Under the pieces are notes generated by a model, which saw only the letters and a list, made by a program, of their open reading frames with translations, was not told the origin of the DNA and ran no database searches. A program made the position numbers and the translations under genes. DNA of 64,000 nt from Gemmatimonadales bacterium. GTDB lineage: Bacteria; Gemmatimonadota; Gemmatimonadetes; Gemmatimonadales; GWC2-71-9. The first letter of the stretch is position 1. Every line of letters begins with the position of its first letter. Where the stretch lies: NCBI GenBank assembly GCA_035557715.1, contig DATMDQ010000085.1, positions 1,816-65,815 of the forward strand, written 5' to 3'. Positions 27,749-36,567 of the stretch are shown in pieces.

Positions 27749-29683
27749 ATGGTTCTCATCGGTGGAGTCGCCCTCTTGATCGGGGCCAGCCTCCTCAGTA
27801 CCCCCCAACAGACGACTTCGCCGACCGATCCCGCGCCACTGGTGCGCCGGCTTGCGGCCACGGCCCTACTGGCGGCCCAGGAGTATCGGATTGGGATCGT
27901 GGATGGCCGTGTGGTATCGCAGGCGGAAATCGACGAAGCCCGGCTGTTTCTCCGGGAGTCCCGTCGCTCGGCCGAAGCTCTCCCCGCGGAGCTCAGTCGA
28001 GGTACCGTGGCCGAGATCGATTCCGTCATCAAGCTGGTGGCTCGCCTCGCTGCTCCCGATTCGATCGACACGCGGGTTCGTCGGCTGACCACCACGCTTT
28101 CCAGCCGGGCGGGTATTAGCCTGGATGAGCTGCCCGCGCAGACGCCTTCGCTTGCGCGCGGGGCCGAGGTTTACCAGGCCAACTGCGCCGGCTGTCACGG
28201 CGCATTGGGCCGGGGAGACGGACCGGCCGCGCGCGGTCTGGATCCCAAGCCGACCAATCTGTCCCTCGGCGGCGAATTGCTGGACCAGTCGCCGCTCGAT
28301 TATTACCGCCGGATCACTATCGGTGTCGTGGGCACGGCGATGCCGTCATTCGAGCAACAGCTGCCGGCCCAAGACCGGTGGGCCGCAGCCTTGTACGCCA
28401 CCCTCCTTCGCCTTCCCAGCCCATCGGGTGAGGTTCCGCCCGCGCTCCATTCGTTTCCGGTCACGGGGAAGATGTCGGATGCCGAGCTGCTCGGCGCGCT
28501 CCCGACGAAGGACACTTCAGCCGCTGCCCTGGCGCGAGTGGCCGCGATCCGAAGTGCCCAGCCAGATGCCACCGCGAACGCCACCGCCCAGGCGTTTGAC
28601 CAGGTCCGAAGGCAGCTCGAGTCAACCTACGTGCTCGCGCGGAAGGGCGACTCATCCGCCAATACCAGCGCGTTCGACGCTTACATGACATTCGAGCAGG
28701 TGGAGCGGGGGGTGCGCGCCAAGGACCCCCAGTTGGCTGCGGAGTTAGAGGGGCACTTTGCCGAGCTGCGGGGGCACGTGGCTGGAGGTGCCGCCGCCCC
28801 GAAGCTCAACTCCGTTCAGCAGCAGCTGGCGCTTGGACTCGAGCAGGCCGAGAGATTGTTGGGCGATTCCCTGTCGCCGGCCAATCTGTTCTTCCAGTCG
28901 TTCGTGATCATGCTACGGGAGGGACTCGAGGCGATCTTGATCGTGGGGGCACTCATGACGTTTCTGGTCAAGATGGGCGCTTCGCACCGGAAACGGGACA
29001 TCAACCTGGGCGTGGCTACAGCTGTGGGGGCCAGTCTGGTCACTGCGTTTGCGATCGAGACCGTGTTTCATCTCACGCCGGCCCGGCAGGAGGTGCTCGA
29101 AGGCGCAACGATGGTCGTGGCCGCGGTAGTTCTGTTCTACGTGAGTTACTGGCTGCTCTCGAAAATGGAAGTGGTCAAGTGGAACCATTTCGTGAAGAGC
29201 AAGGTGAACGATGCGCTCACCAGCGGGTCTTCGCTGGCGCTGGCGTCAGCGGCATTTCTGGCGGTTTACCGCGAAGGGTTCGAGACCGTCCTGTTTTACA
29301 AGGCGCTGTTTCTGACGGGAGGTCCGGGTGGCAGCAGCATGCCCATCGTAGCCGGTATCCTGTTGGGCACCGCGGTTCTGGTGGTGGTCTACGTTGCCAT
29401 CAGCCGGTTCGGGGTAAGGCTGCCACTGAGGCCGTTCTTCGGGGTGACCAGTGCGTTCCTGTACTACATGGCGTTCGTGTTCGCCGGCAAAGCGGTGGCC
29501 GAGCTTCAGGGTGGGGATGTTCTGCCGACCACCATAGTGGACTGGGCGCCCCGAATGCCGGCGCTTGGAATCTATCCCACCGTGGAGTCATTACTCGCCC
29601 AGGGGGTGCTTGTCATCCTGCTGCTGGTCGCGTTGGTCTGGACGTTTCTGCTACAACCGCGCAGACAGATGGCCCTCACGTGA
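27749..29683 (+). CDS. Fusion protein: periplasmic cytochrome c domain + FTR1-family high-affinity iron permease
   Basis: CAGCHG heme-binding motif with a distal GTAMPSF. The C-terminal polytopic domain has two RExxE motifs (REGLEAILIV, REGFETVLFY). Start moved to ATG 27749 (MVLIGGVALLIG). Confidence 0.85.
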   Translation: MVLIGGVALLIGASLLSTPQQTTSPTDPAPLVRRLAATALLAAQEYRIGIVDGRVVSQAEIDEARLFLRESRRSAEALPAELSRGTVAEIDSVIKLVARLAAPDSIDTRVRRLTTTLSSRAGISLDELPAQTPSLARGAEVYQANCAGCHGALGRGDGPAARGLDPKPTNLSLGGELLDQSPLDYYRRITIGVVGTAMPSFEQQLPAQDRWAAALYATLLRLPSPSGEVPPALHSFPVTGKMSDAELLGALPTKDTSAAALARVAAIRSAQPDATANATAQAFDQVRRQLESTYVLARKGDSSANTSAFDAYMTFEQVERGVRAKDPQLAAELEGHFAELRGHVAGGAAAPKLNSVQQQLALGLEQAERLLGDSLSPANLFFQSFVIMLREGLEAILIVGALMTFLVKMGASHRKRDINLGVATAVGASLVTAFAIETVFHLTPARQEVLEGATMVVAAVVLFYVSYWLLSKMEVVKWNHFVKSKVNDALTSGSSLALASAAFLAVYREGFETVLFYKALFLTGGPGGSSMPIVAGILLGTAVLVVVYVAISRFGVRLPLRPFFGVTSAFLYYMAFVFAGKAVAELQGGDVLPTTIVDWAPRMPALGIYPTVESLLAQGVLVILLLVALVWTFLLQPRRQMALT

Positions 29684-30162
29684 CCTTCACGACAGCAGAC
29701 CTGTGCGACGCATTCGGGCCGGTTGCGCGAGTGGCCGCGCCGATCTTCCGGAACTATGGTGGCCTGATCCGATTTGCCGGCCCGATAGAAACGGTGCAGG
29801 TCTCAGAGGACAATGCGCTGGTGGCCCAGGTCCTCGAGACGGCGGGGCAGGGCCGCGTACTTGTGGTGGATGGGGGTGGCTCTGTTCGCTGCGCATTGGT
29901 GGGAGGGCGGCTGGCTGCGCTGGCGCACACCAATGGGTGGGCCGGGCTGGTGATCAATGGCTGTGTGCGCGATTCAGTCGAAATCCGTGCGATCCCGCTG
30001 GGGGTGCGCGCCATCAACAGCTCGCCGAAGCGTGGCGGGAAGGCCGGCTCCGGGCGGCGAGGTGGAACCGTGACCTTTGCCGGTGTCACGTTTTGGCCGG
30101 GGCACTTCCTGTATGCCGATGAAGACGGCGTAGTGCTGGCCGATCGCAGCCTGACTGCATAA
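29680..30162 (+). CDS. rraA: RraA-family protein (ribonuclease E regulator / HMG-CHA aldolase family)
   Basis: TTADLCDAF...VLVVDGGGSVRCALVGGRLA...GLVINGCVRD are family blocks. GTG 29680 sits in a GTGA overlap with the permease stop. Confidence 0.85.
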   Translation: MTFTTADLCDAFGPVARVAAPIFRNYGGLIRFAGPIETVQVSEDNALVAQVLETAGQGRVLVVDGGGSVRCALVGGRLAALAHTNGWAGLVINGCVRDSVEIRAIPLGVRAINSSPKRGGKAGSGRRGGTVTFAGVTFWPGHFLYADEDGVVLADRSLTA

Positions 30163-30164
30163 AG

Positions 30165-30197
30165 GCAAACGGCCCGTCGATTTGACGGGCCGTTTGC
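30165..30197 (+). terminator. Perfect 14-bp GC-rich hairpin 2 nt after the rraA stop
   Basis: GCAAACGGCCCGTC, loop gattt, GACGGGCCGTTTGC. There is no clear U-tract (followed by aataga). Confidence 0.55.
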
Positions 30198-30451
30198 AAT
30201 AGAGGTGGTAGATCGCCCCCTGAGTTTACGGAGACGGACCGAAGTGCCCGCTCCACCCTTCTTCGACCTACCACTTTTCCCATGAAGTCGCCTGACTTCC
30301 TACCTTCTCTAGAGGCAAGGGGGATGCCAAGGTTAGCAGTGCCGTAAGTCGTTGTCGCGTAAAGGAAAGCCGCTCAGGGCTCAAGTGCCTTAGAGGTGCA
30401 AAAATTGTACAGTCCGAGAGCAATTCCCCTAAGTCATTAAAGGTCAGCTAG

Positions 30452-31315
30452 TTACGAAGCTGTCGAAATCCTGGTCACTGGCCGTTTCTTCCCAGTCGTT
30501 AGATAGGCTCCCGGCGCCGGGCTCTGGCCGCGCCGCCAGGCGATTATTAGAGCGAGCCCGATACATACGATGATCGCGCTAGTCAGCTGGGCCAACGTAA
30601 AGGGCCCGAGGAATCGGTCGTCCTTGGCGCGCAGGATCTCCACCAGAAAGCGCTCGATGCCGGCAAAGACGAGATAGACGCCAAACAGCCAGCCAACCGG
30701 ACGGCCGCTCTTTCTGAGGCGCCAGAGCAGGGCAAAGGCCACCAGCATCGCCGCGACCTCGTAGAGCTGGGTCGGATGCACCGCGAGCACGGTAGCCGGG
30801 TCGACGCCTTCGGGGACCGGGACTCCGAAGAGGTTCTTGAGGTTTCCAGCAGTTGAAGGAGGCAGACCCTCGGGGAATTTGACCCCCCAGGGAAGATCGG
30901 TTGGCCGGCCATAGTCGTCGTTGACCAGGAAGCAGCCGACCCGCCCCAAGGCATATGCCGCCGCGAGTGCTGGCGCGCCCAGCTGCATGGTCCAGCGCTG
31001 CGGTACCCCCAGGCGCCAGCTGTTGAGTATCACCGCCAGCGCCCCCCCGATGAAGCCGCCGTACCAGACCAGCCCGCCTCTCGAGAGGAGCGCGCCGGGA
31101 TCACCGGTCAGCGCCACGTACCACAGCTTGGCTCCGATGATGCCGCCGATGACCGCAGCGGCGACCATATCGGCGGCGTAGTCGTCCTTCAGGCTCGCCT
31201 CCCGGAGCTGGCGCGCGATCAACCAGCCTCCCATGAGGAAGGCCACCATCAGCATGATGCCGTAGCCCGTGATCTCGAGTGGTCCGAGGTGAATGATGAA
31301 CGGGTGAACCGTCAT
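30452..31315 (-). CDS. lgt: Prolipoprotein diacylglyceryl transferase
   Basis: ITGYGIMLMVAFLMG...GGLVWYGGFIGG...GRVGCFL are typical Lgt blocks. Start at ATG 31315 (aa 75 of ORF 30452..31537), with an ATGA overlap on the tsaD stop. Confidence 0.9.
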   Translation of the reverse strand: MTVHPFIIHLGPLEITGYGIMLMVAFLMGGWLIARQLREASLKDDYAADMVAAAVIGGIIGAKLWYVALTGDPGALLSRGGLVWYGGFIGGALAVILNSWRLGVPQRWTMQLGAPALAAAYALGRVGCFLVNDDYGRPTDLPWGVKFPEGLPPSTAGNLKNLFGVPVPEGVDPATVLAVHPTQLYEVAAMLVAFALLWRLRKSGRPVGWLFGVYLVFAGIERFLVEILRAKDDRFLGPFTLAQLTSAIIVCIGLALIIAWRRGQSPAPGAYLTTGKKRPVTRISTAS

Positions 31316-32394
31316 GACTTGGATCCCATTGAGTGAAAGGCGGACATCAGACCGGGAAGCGGGAGGTCGTCGCGTGGCTGGAGGTCCCAGCCGCTCCGTT
31401 CGCCGCGGGCAAGGCGCCACGCCCCCGCGGCCGCGATCATGGCCGCGTTGTCGGTGTTGAGCCGCGGGGAAGCTACGCTCACCCGGGCTTGTCCTGCCAG
31501 CCGGTCTTTCAGCGCCGTCACCAGCGCCCGGTTGCAAGCCACCCCCCCGCCTACCACAGCCAGAGTGTAGCCGGTGGAGCCGACCGCGTGCGCAGTCTTG
31601 GCGACCAGCACGTCGATGGCTGCGTCCTGAAAGGCTCGAGCCAGATCGGCCCGGTCGGGGCCTGGGTGGTCGGGATCCGCGAGGTTCTGGCCGGGGCGAA
31701 TCGACCGCAGGACCGCGGTCTTGAGGCCGCTGAAGGAGAACGCGTAGCGGTTGGGGCCGTCCCGCTCCAACTCCTGGAGCATGGGCCGCGGCAACCGAAA
31801 GCGATCGGGTTGCCCGTCGCGAGCGAGACGTTCCAGCGGTGCGCCGCCCGGGTAGCCGAGCCCGAGGAGGGTAGCCACTTTGTCGAAGGCTTCGCCTGCG
31901 GCGTCGTCCAGCGTTTGCCCCATCAGGCGGTATTCACCCCAGGCGGGAACATCCAGCAGCATGGTGTGGCCGCCGCTCACCAGCAACCCGACAAACGGCG
32001 GCTCGACGGTCGGGTCCTCGAGGGTGGGGGCAAAGAGATGACCCTCGAGATGGTTGACCCCGATGAGTGGACGATCGGCGCTGAATGCCAGGGTCTTCCC
32101 ATACATCACCCCGACGAGCAGGGCGCCGACCAGGCCGGGCCCGGCGGTCACCGCCACTCCATCCAGCTGAGGCAATCCTATTCCCGCGTCCGCCAGAGCA
32201 CGCTCGACCACCGATCCAATGGCATGAACGTGCGCCCGGCTGGCCAGTTCAGGAACGACCCCGCCGAAGATCCGATGCACGTCCTGCGAGAGGATAGTCA
32301 GCGAGGCGAGCGCGGACCGGCCATTTTCCGCTTGGACCACCGCGGCAGAGGTCTCGTCGCAAGAAGTCTCGATCCCGAGGATCCACTCAGCCAC
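31312..32394 (-). CDS. tsaD: tRNA N6-adenosine threonylcarbamoyltransferase
   Basis: ILGIETSCDETSAAV plus Kae1/Gcp blocks throughout. GTG start. Confidence 0.92.
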   Translation of the reverse strand: MAEWILGIETSCDETSAAVVQAENGRSALASLTILSQDVHRIFGGVVPELASRAHVHAIGSVVERALADAGIGLPQLDGVAVTAGPGLVGALLVGVMYGKTLAFSADRPLIGVNHLEGHLFAPTLEDPTVEPPFVGLLVSGGHTMLLDVPAWGEYRLMGQTLDDAAGEAFDKVATLLGLGYPGGAPLERLARDGQPDRFRLPRPMLQELERDGPNRYAFSFSGLKTAVLRSIRPGQNLADPDHPGPDRADLARAFQDAAIDVLVAKTAHAVGSTGYTLAVVGGGVACNRALVTALKDRLAGQARVSVASPRLNTDNAAMIAAAGAWRLARGERSGWDLQPRDDLPLPGLMSAFHSMGSKS

Positions 32395-32926
32395 CGGTCT
32401 CGTCCAGCAATGCCTCGATCAACCTGCGGTTCACCGGTGAGTTCCAGGCATGCTCACCTATGAGGCGCTTCACGATGATCCCGCGCCGATTGATCAGGAA
32501 GCTCTCGGGCACGCCGGTGGTCTGATAGATCTGCTGCACGTTCCCGCTGCGATCCTGAAGGAGATCGAAGCTGAGGCCGAGGTCGCGGGCAAAGCCGCGG
32601 ACGTCCTCCGGACTCCCCTCATCGATGCTCACTGCGGCAATCTTGAATCCGCGGGGCGCGAGGGACTGATAGACGCTATCCATCCCGGGCATCTCCACCC
32701 GGCAGGGGAGACACCAGGTCGCCCAGATATTGACCAGGGTCACGGCCCCCTCGTAGTGCTCCCGGAACGAGACCGAGTCTCCGGTGGCCATATCGATAGC
32801 ACGAAAATCCGGTGCCCGCGCCCCGACTCCGACCAGTTTGATGTCGGGTCCAAACCAGGTTAAGACGGTGGCACCGGCGGCGAGCCCTGCTACCACGACG
32901 CCTACAAAGATCCATTGCTTCGACAT
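32387..32926 (-). CDS. Thiol:disulfide oxidoreductase, TlpA/ResA (redoxin) family
   Basis: N-terminal membrane anchor and the WATWCLPC thioredoxin-fold active site. Confidence 0.88.
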   Translation of the reverse strand: MSKQWIFVGVVVAGLAAGATVLTWFGPDIKLVGVGARAPDFRAIDMATGDSVSFREHYEGAVTLVNIWATWCLPCRVEMPGMDSVYQSLAPRGFKIAAVSIDEGSPEDVRGFARDLGLSFDLLQDRSGNVQQIYQTTGVPESFLINRRGIIVKRLIGEHAWNSPVNRRLIEALLDETGG

Positions 32927-32933
32927 TGCCTCG

Positions 32934-33599
32934 CTACACTTTCACGGCACATTGCCGCTTGAGCTCACGCACGGCCTGGCCGGGATCGGCCGCCCCAAAG
33001 ACCGCGGTCCCGGCGACGAAGGTGTCTGCCCCCGCGCTCCACGCCTCGGCAATCGTGGCCGAGGTGATTCCGCCATCCACCTCCAGCGCGGCCTTCGAAT
33101 TATGCCGGTCGAGCAGCGCTCGGGTCCGGCGGATCTTGTCGCTGGATTGGGGGATGTAGGACTGCCCCCCGTAGCCGGGATTCACCGACATCACCAATAC
33201 CAGCTCGACATCGCTGATCACTTCCTCCAGCAGGGACACCGGGGTAGACGGATTCAAGGCCAGGCCGGCCACCATGCCCAGCTGCCGGGCTGTCGCCAGG
33301 TGCCGCTGCACGTGCACCGTGGCCTCCGGGTGGAACGTGAACACGCTGGCGCCCGCGTCGGCGAACTCACCGAGATAGCGCTCGGGATGCTCCACCATCA
33401 GGTGGACGTCGATGGGCATGGTGGTCAGCCGGGTCAGCGCGCGGACCAGCGGGGCGCCGAAAGTCAAACTGGGCACGAAGTGCCCGTCCATCACGTCGAC
33501 ATGCAGCCAGTCGGCGCCGCCCTCGGCGGCTCGCTCGATCTGCTCCGGCAGCCGACCCAGATCGGCGCTGAGGATGCTGGGGGCGATCCGAACAGTCAT
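32934..33599 (-). CDS. rpe: Ribulose-phosphate 3-epimerase
   Basis: IAPSILSAD...HVDVMDGHFVP...VMSVNPGYGGQ blocks. Confidence 0.93.
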   Translation of the reverse strand: MTVRIAPSILSADLGRLPEQIERAAEGGADWLHVDVMDGHFVPSLTFGAPLVRALTRLTTMPIDVHLMVEHPERYLGEFADAGASVFTFHPEATVHVQRHLATARQLGMVAGLALNPSTPVSLLEEVISDVELVLVMSVNPGYGGQSYIPQSSDKIRRTRALLDRHNSKAALEVDGGITSATIAEAWSAGADTFVAGTAVFGAADPGQAVRELKRQCAVKV

Positions 33600-34168
33600 G
33601 GTGCCGGCTCCGGTCCGCGGCTGATGACTATCGCGACTGGGGCGCCGCGAGGACGGCCCACGCCGGCTGCCGGCCGGGTTGCCAGCACGATACCGCGCTC
33701 CTCACCCCCTGCCACGGTGTCCACGACTCCGACGCGCACGCCGGCTGCGGTAAAGATCCTCGTAGCCAGGGGCAGATTGATCCCGATCACGTCCGGCACC
33801 GCGACCAGCGAGGGCCCGGCGCTGACGACGAGCTGAACCACGCTGTTGGGCGGCAGCACGGTGCCGGGGGGAGGGTCCTGCCAGATGACCGTGCCGCGGG
33901 AAAACGTGTCGCTCTGGCGCTCCCCGTCCAGCCGCGGCCGGAATCCGATCTCGTTCAGCTTGCTGCGTGCCTGGGTCTCGGTCAGCCCGAGAACCCGCGG
34001 AAGCGAATGGTCCTTGGTGAAGACCGACCCGGGTGAGAGCCAGAGAACCGAGATCCCGTAGCCGACGATGAACGTCAGGACGATGAGACCGACGTCGCGC
34101 AGAAACCCACGCCACGGCCCCGACTGCAGGAGCGGACCTCCCGATGTAAAGTGGCGTCGAGTTCTCAT
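33596..34168 (-). CDS. Membrane-anchored PASTA-domain protein (two PASTA repeats, no kinase or transpeptidase domain)
   Basis: One TM segment (VGLIVLTFIVGYGISVLWL), then two PASTA-like units of about 65 aa (LPRVLGLTETQARSKLNEIGF..., VPDVIGINLPLATRIFTAAGV...). 4-nt overlaps on both sides. Confidence 0.8.
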   Translation of the reverse strand: MRTRRHFTSGGPLLQSGPWRGFLRDVGLIVLTFIVGYGISVLWLSPGSVFTKDHSLPRVLGLTETQARSKLNEIGFRPRLDGERQSDTFSRGTVIWQDPPPGTVLPPNSVVQLVVSAGPSLVAVPDVIGINLPLATRIFTAAGVRVGVVDTVAGGEERGIVLATRPAAGVGRPRGAPVAIVISRGPEPAP

Positions 34169-35421
34169 GAGCTCCGGCGGAGCCGGGCCCCAAAGGCGCC
34201 GTCCATGCCGTGCTGATGCGGCAAGACCATCAAGTCTCCCTCCGGCGAGAGCAGTTCAGGCGGAACGGCTGTGGCCGGCTCCCGGCTGAATTCGCGGTGG
34301 CCGGCCAGGAAGCGTTGAACCTGGGCACGATTCTCCTCGGGCTCCAGCGAGCAGGTCGAATAAACTAGCAACCCCTTCGGTCCCACCAGTGCCGCGGTTC
34401 GGTCGAGCAGCTCGGACTGAACCCGCGCCAGCGATTCCAGGGCCTCCGGCGTCACCCGCCAGCGGGCGTCGGGATGGCGAGCGAACGTACCGGTCCCGAG
34501 GCATGGTGCATCGAGCAGGACAACCTCCGCCTGTCGGAGCGGGGGCCGCCTGGCGTCGGCGACGATCACCTGCTCCCCTCCGCTTCCTGCACGGCGGACG
34601 TTCTCGGCCAGCCGCCTGGCCCGGGCACGGCTCAATTCTCCCGCAACGACGGTCTTGGCCCGGCGCCCAAACGCGATGGTCTTGCCGCCGGGAGCCGCGC
34701 ACGCGTCGTAGACCAGGGCTCCCGGCGGGAGGTCGGCAAAGCGTCCGAGGAGCGCCTGGGCCGGATCCTGCACGATGAAGTCGCCCTCGCCAAATCCGGG
34801 AAGGTCGGAGGGCCGAGTCAGGGCCGTGACCAATCCAGCGCGATAAGGGGCGGGCTCAACTTCAATACCCGCCGCCCGCAAACGCTCCGCCAGAGACTCG
34901 GAATCCCGTCGGGCCGGTTGCAGCACCAGCCGCGGACGGGTGTTGTTCCAGCAGAGCAGTCGCTCGGCCGCATCGAGCCCGAAGAAATCCACCCAGCGTC
35001 GCACCAGCCAAACCGGGTGGGAATGCTCCGCGGCCAATCGCTCGGCATCGTCACCAGCCAGCGTGGGAGCACGCGTCTCAGTGCCGGCCAGGCGCCGCAA
35101 CACAGCGTTCACAAAGGCAGCCGACCTGGCTCCGCCGTTTCCCTTCGCCAGCTCGACGCTGGTGTCGACTGCCGCATGGCTCGGCACCCGATCGAGGCTG
35201 GTGAGCTGGTAGGCGCCCAGTCTTAGAATGTCCTGGAGCTCTGGAGCGACGCTCGACCAGCCGTGGCGCACCAGTGGTGCCAGGTGGGAGTCCAGGACGC
35301 TCCGTTGCCGCAGGACCCCGGCAGCAAGTTCGTGGGCAAGACGCCGGTCAGGCTCTGCCAGGCTGGCGACTGAGCTGTCCAGAGCAACATCGAATGCCTT
35401 TCCGCTCCGCACCTGCTCCAA
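34165..35421 (-). CDS. rsmB: 16S rRNA (cytosine967-C5)-methyltransferase
   Basis: NusB-like N-terminal domain plus a SAM-dependent m5C methyltransferase domain (DACAAPGGKT, LLVYSTCSLEPEEN). Confidence 0.9.
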   Translation of the reverse strand: MEQVRSGKAFDVALDSSVASLAEPDRRLAHELAAGVLRQRSVLDSHLAPLVRHGWSSVAPELQDILRLGAYQLTSLDRVPSHAAVDTSVELAKGNGGARSAAFVNAVLRRLAGTETRAPTLAGDDAERLAAEHSHPVWLVRRWVDFFGLDAAERLLCWNNTRPRLVLQPARRDSESLAERLRAAGIEVEPAPYRAGLVTALTRPSDLPGFGEGDFIVQDPAQALLGRFADLPPGALVYDACAAPGGKTIAFGRRAKTVVAGELSRARARRLAENVRRAGSGGEQVIVADARRPPLRQAEVVLLDAPCLGTGTFARHPDARWRVTPEALESLARVQSELLDRTAALVGPKGLLVYSTCSLEPEENRAQVQRFLAGHREFSREPATAVPPELLSPEGDLMVLPHQHGMDGAFGARLRRSS

Positions 35422-35501
35422 TATGCTCAGAGCCGCTTTTCTGGAGTCTAGACCCGCAGACTTGGGCGTAAGCTCTGTGTCCCGCTGGTAGTGAATGAGT
35501 G

Positions 35502-36302
35502 CTACTCCAGCATTCCAGCGCTGGGCGTGGACGGCATGGCCACTTCACGCCGAGGCATGCGGCCCGCCAGGAACGCCTGCCGCCCGGCTTCTACCGCGAG
35601 GCGCATGGCGGTGGCCATGGCGACCGGATTCCGGGCCTCAGCCAGCGCTGTGTTCATGAGAATCCCATCCACACCCTGCTCCATGGTGAGACACGCATCC
35701 GACGCAGTGCCGACCCCGGCATCGACGATCACCGGCACCGAGAGGCGCCGTTTGATTGTGCGAATCCCGTAGGGGTTGAGCAATCCGAGGCCGCTCCCGA
35801 TGGGCGAGGCCAGGGGCATCACCGCCGCACACCCCGCGTCCTCCAGTTTAAGCGCGGTAATCAGATCGTCGTTGGTGTAGGCCAGCACTTTGAAGCCCTC
35901 GGCCGCGAGCTCGCGCGCCGCTGTCAGCAGACCGTCGGTGTCCGGGAGCAGCGTCTCGCGGTCACCGATGACCTCGAGCTTGACGAACTCGTTGAAGCCG
36001 GCCTCGCGGGCGAGCCGCGCATATCGCACTGCTTCGTCCGCGGTGTAACAGCCGGCTGTGTTCGCCAGGAGGAAGTACTGGTCAGGGCTCAGGTGATAAA
36101 GAATCCCCTGGTCCTTGGTCCGGTCGAGATCTACCCGCCGCACCGCCACGGTGACGATCTCGGCCCCGGAAGCCTCGATAGCGCGCACCATGTCGCCGTT
36201 GTCGCGGTACTTCCCGGTCCCCACCATGAGGCGGGAGCGGAAGGCTCGGCCGCCGATGGTTAGTGGGGAGTCCGTAGCGGGCTCTGCGTGGACGGTAGTC
36301 AT
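35502..36302 (-). CDS. thiG: Thiazole synthase
   Basis: LTIGGRAFRSRLMVGTGKY...VMPLASPIGSG blocks. Start at ATG 36302 (aa 12 of ORF 35502..36335). Confidence 0.92.
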   Translation of the reverse strand: MTTVHAEPATDSPLTIGGRAFRSRLMVGTGKYRDNGDMVRAIEASGAEIVTVAVRRVDLDRTKDQGILYHLSPDQYFLLANTAGCYTADEAVRYARLAREAGFNEFVKLEVIGDRETLLPDTDGLLTAARELAAEGFKVLAYTNDDLITALKLEDAGCAAVMPLASPIGSGLGLLNPYGIRTIKRRLSVPVIVDAGVGTASDACLTMEQGVDGILMNTALAEARNPVAMATAMRLAVEAGRQAFLAGRMPRREVAMPSTPSAGMLE

Positions 36303-36310
36303 GCTGGAAA

Positions 36311-36349
36311 GATAAGCGTAAGCGGTGAGCGGCAAGCGCTCACGCTTCG
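36311..36349. repeat. Short heptamer hairpin (GATAAGC GTAAGC GGTGAGC GGCAAGC / GCTCACGCTTCG)
   Basis: Stem GTGAGCG/CGCTCAC with loop GCAAG, extended by AAGC/GCTT. It lies between the thiS stop and the thiG start, 8 nt from the thiG ATG. Confidence 0.8.
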
Positions 36350-36357
36350 ACAGGCGG

Positions 36358-36567
36358 TCATCCTCCCCCTACGAAGTGTACCAACTCGACCGCGTCGCCC
36401 TCGGCAAGGGGGGTGTCGCCCAGCTGAGGTCGGCGCACAATCTTTCGATTCAGCTCCACCACCACCGTCCTGGGATCAAGCCCAAGGTGGCGCAGCAGGT
36501 CGGCCGCGGTGGCGGGCCCCGGAACCAGCCGTGGCTCGCCGTTTACCATGATCTCGATCTCGCTCAC
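36358..36567 (-). CDS. thiS: Sulfur carrier protein ThiS
   Basis: About 69 aa with a ubiquitin-like fold signature and a C-terminal GG (HFVGGG). GTG 36567 sits in a GTGA overlap with the thiE stop. Confidence 0.85.
   Translation of the reverse strand: MSEIEIMVNGEPRLVPGPATAADLLRHLGLDPRTVVVELNRKIVRRPQLGDTPLAEGDAVELVHFVGGG

Noticed and set aside
30283-30345. 21-codon ATG ORF (MKSPDFLPSLEARGMPRLAVP) in the rraA/lgt spacer
   Set aside because: It has no ribosome-binding context, no compositional coding signal, and is very short.
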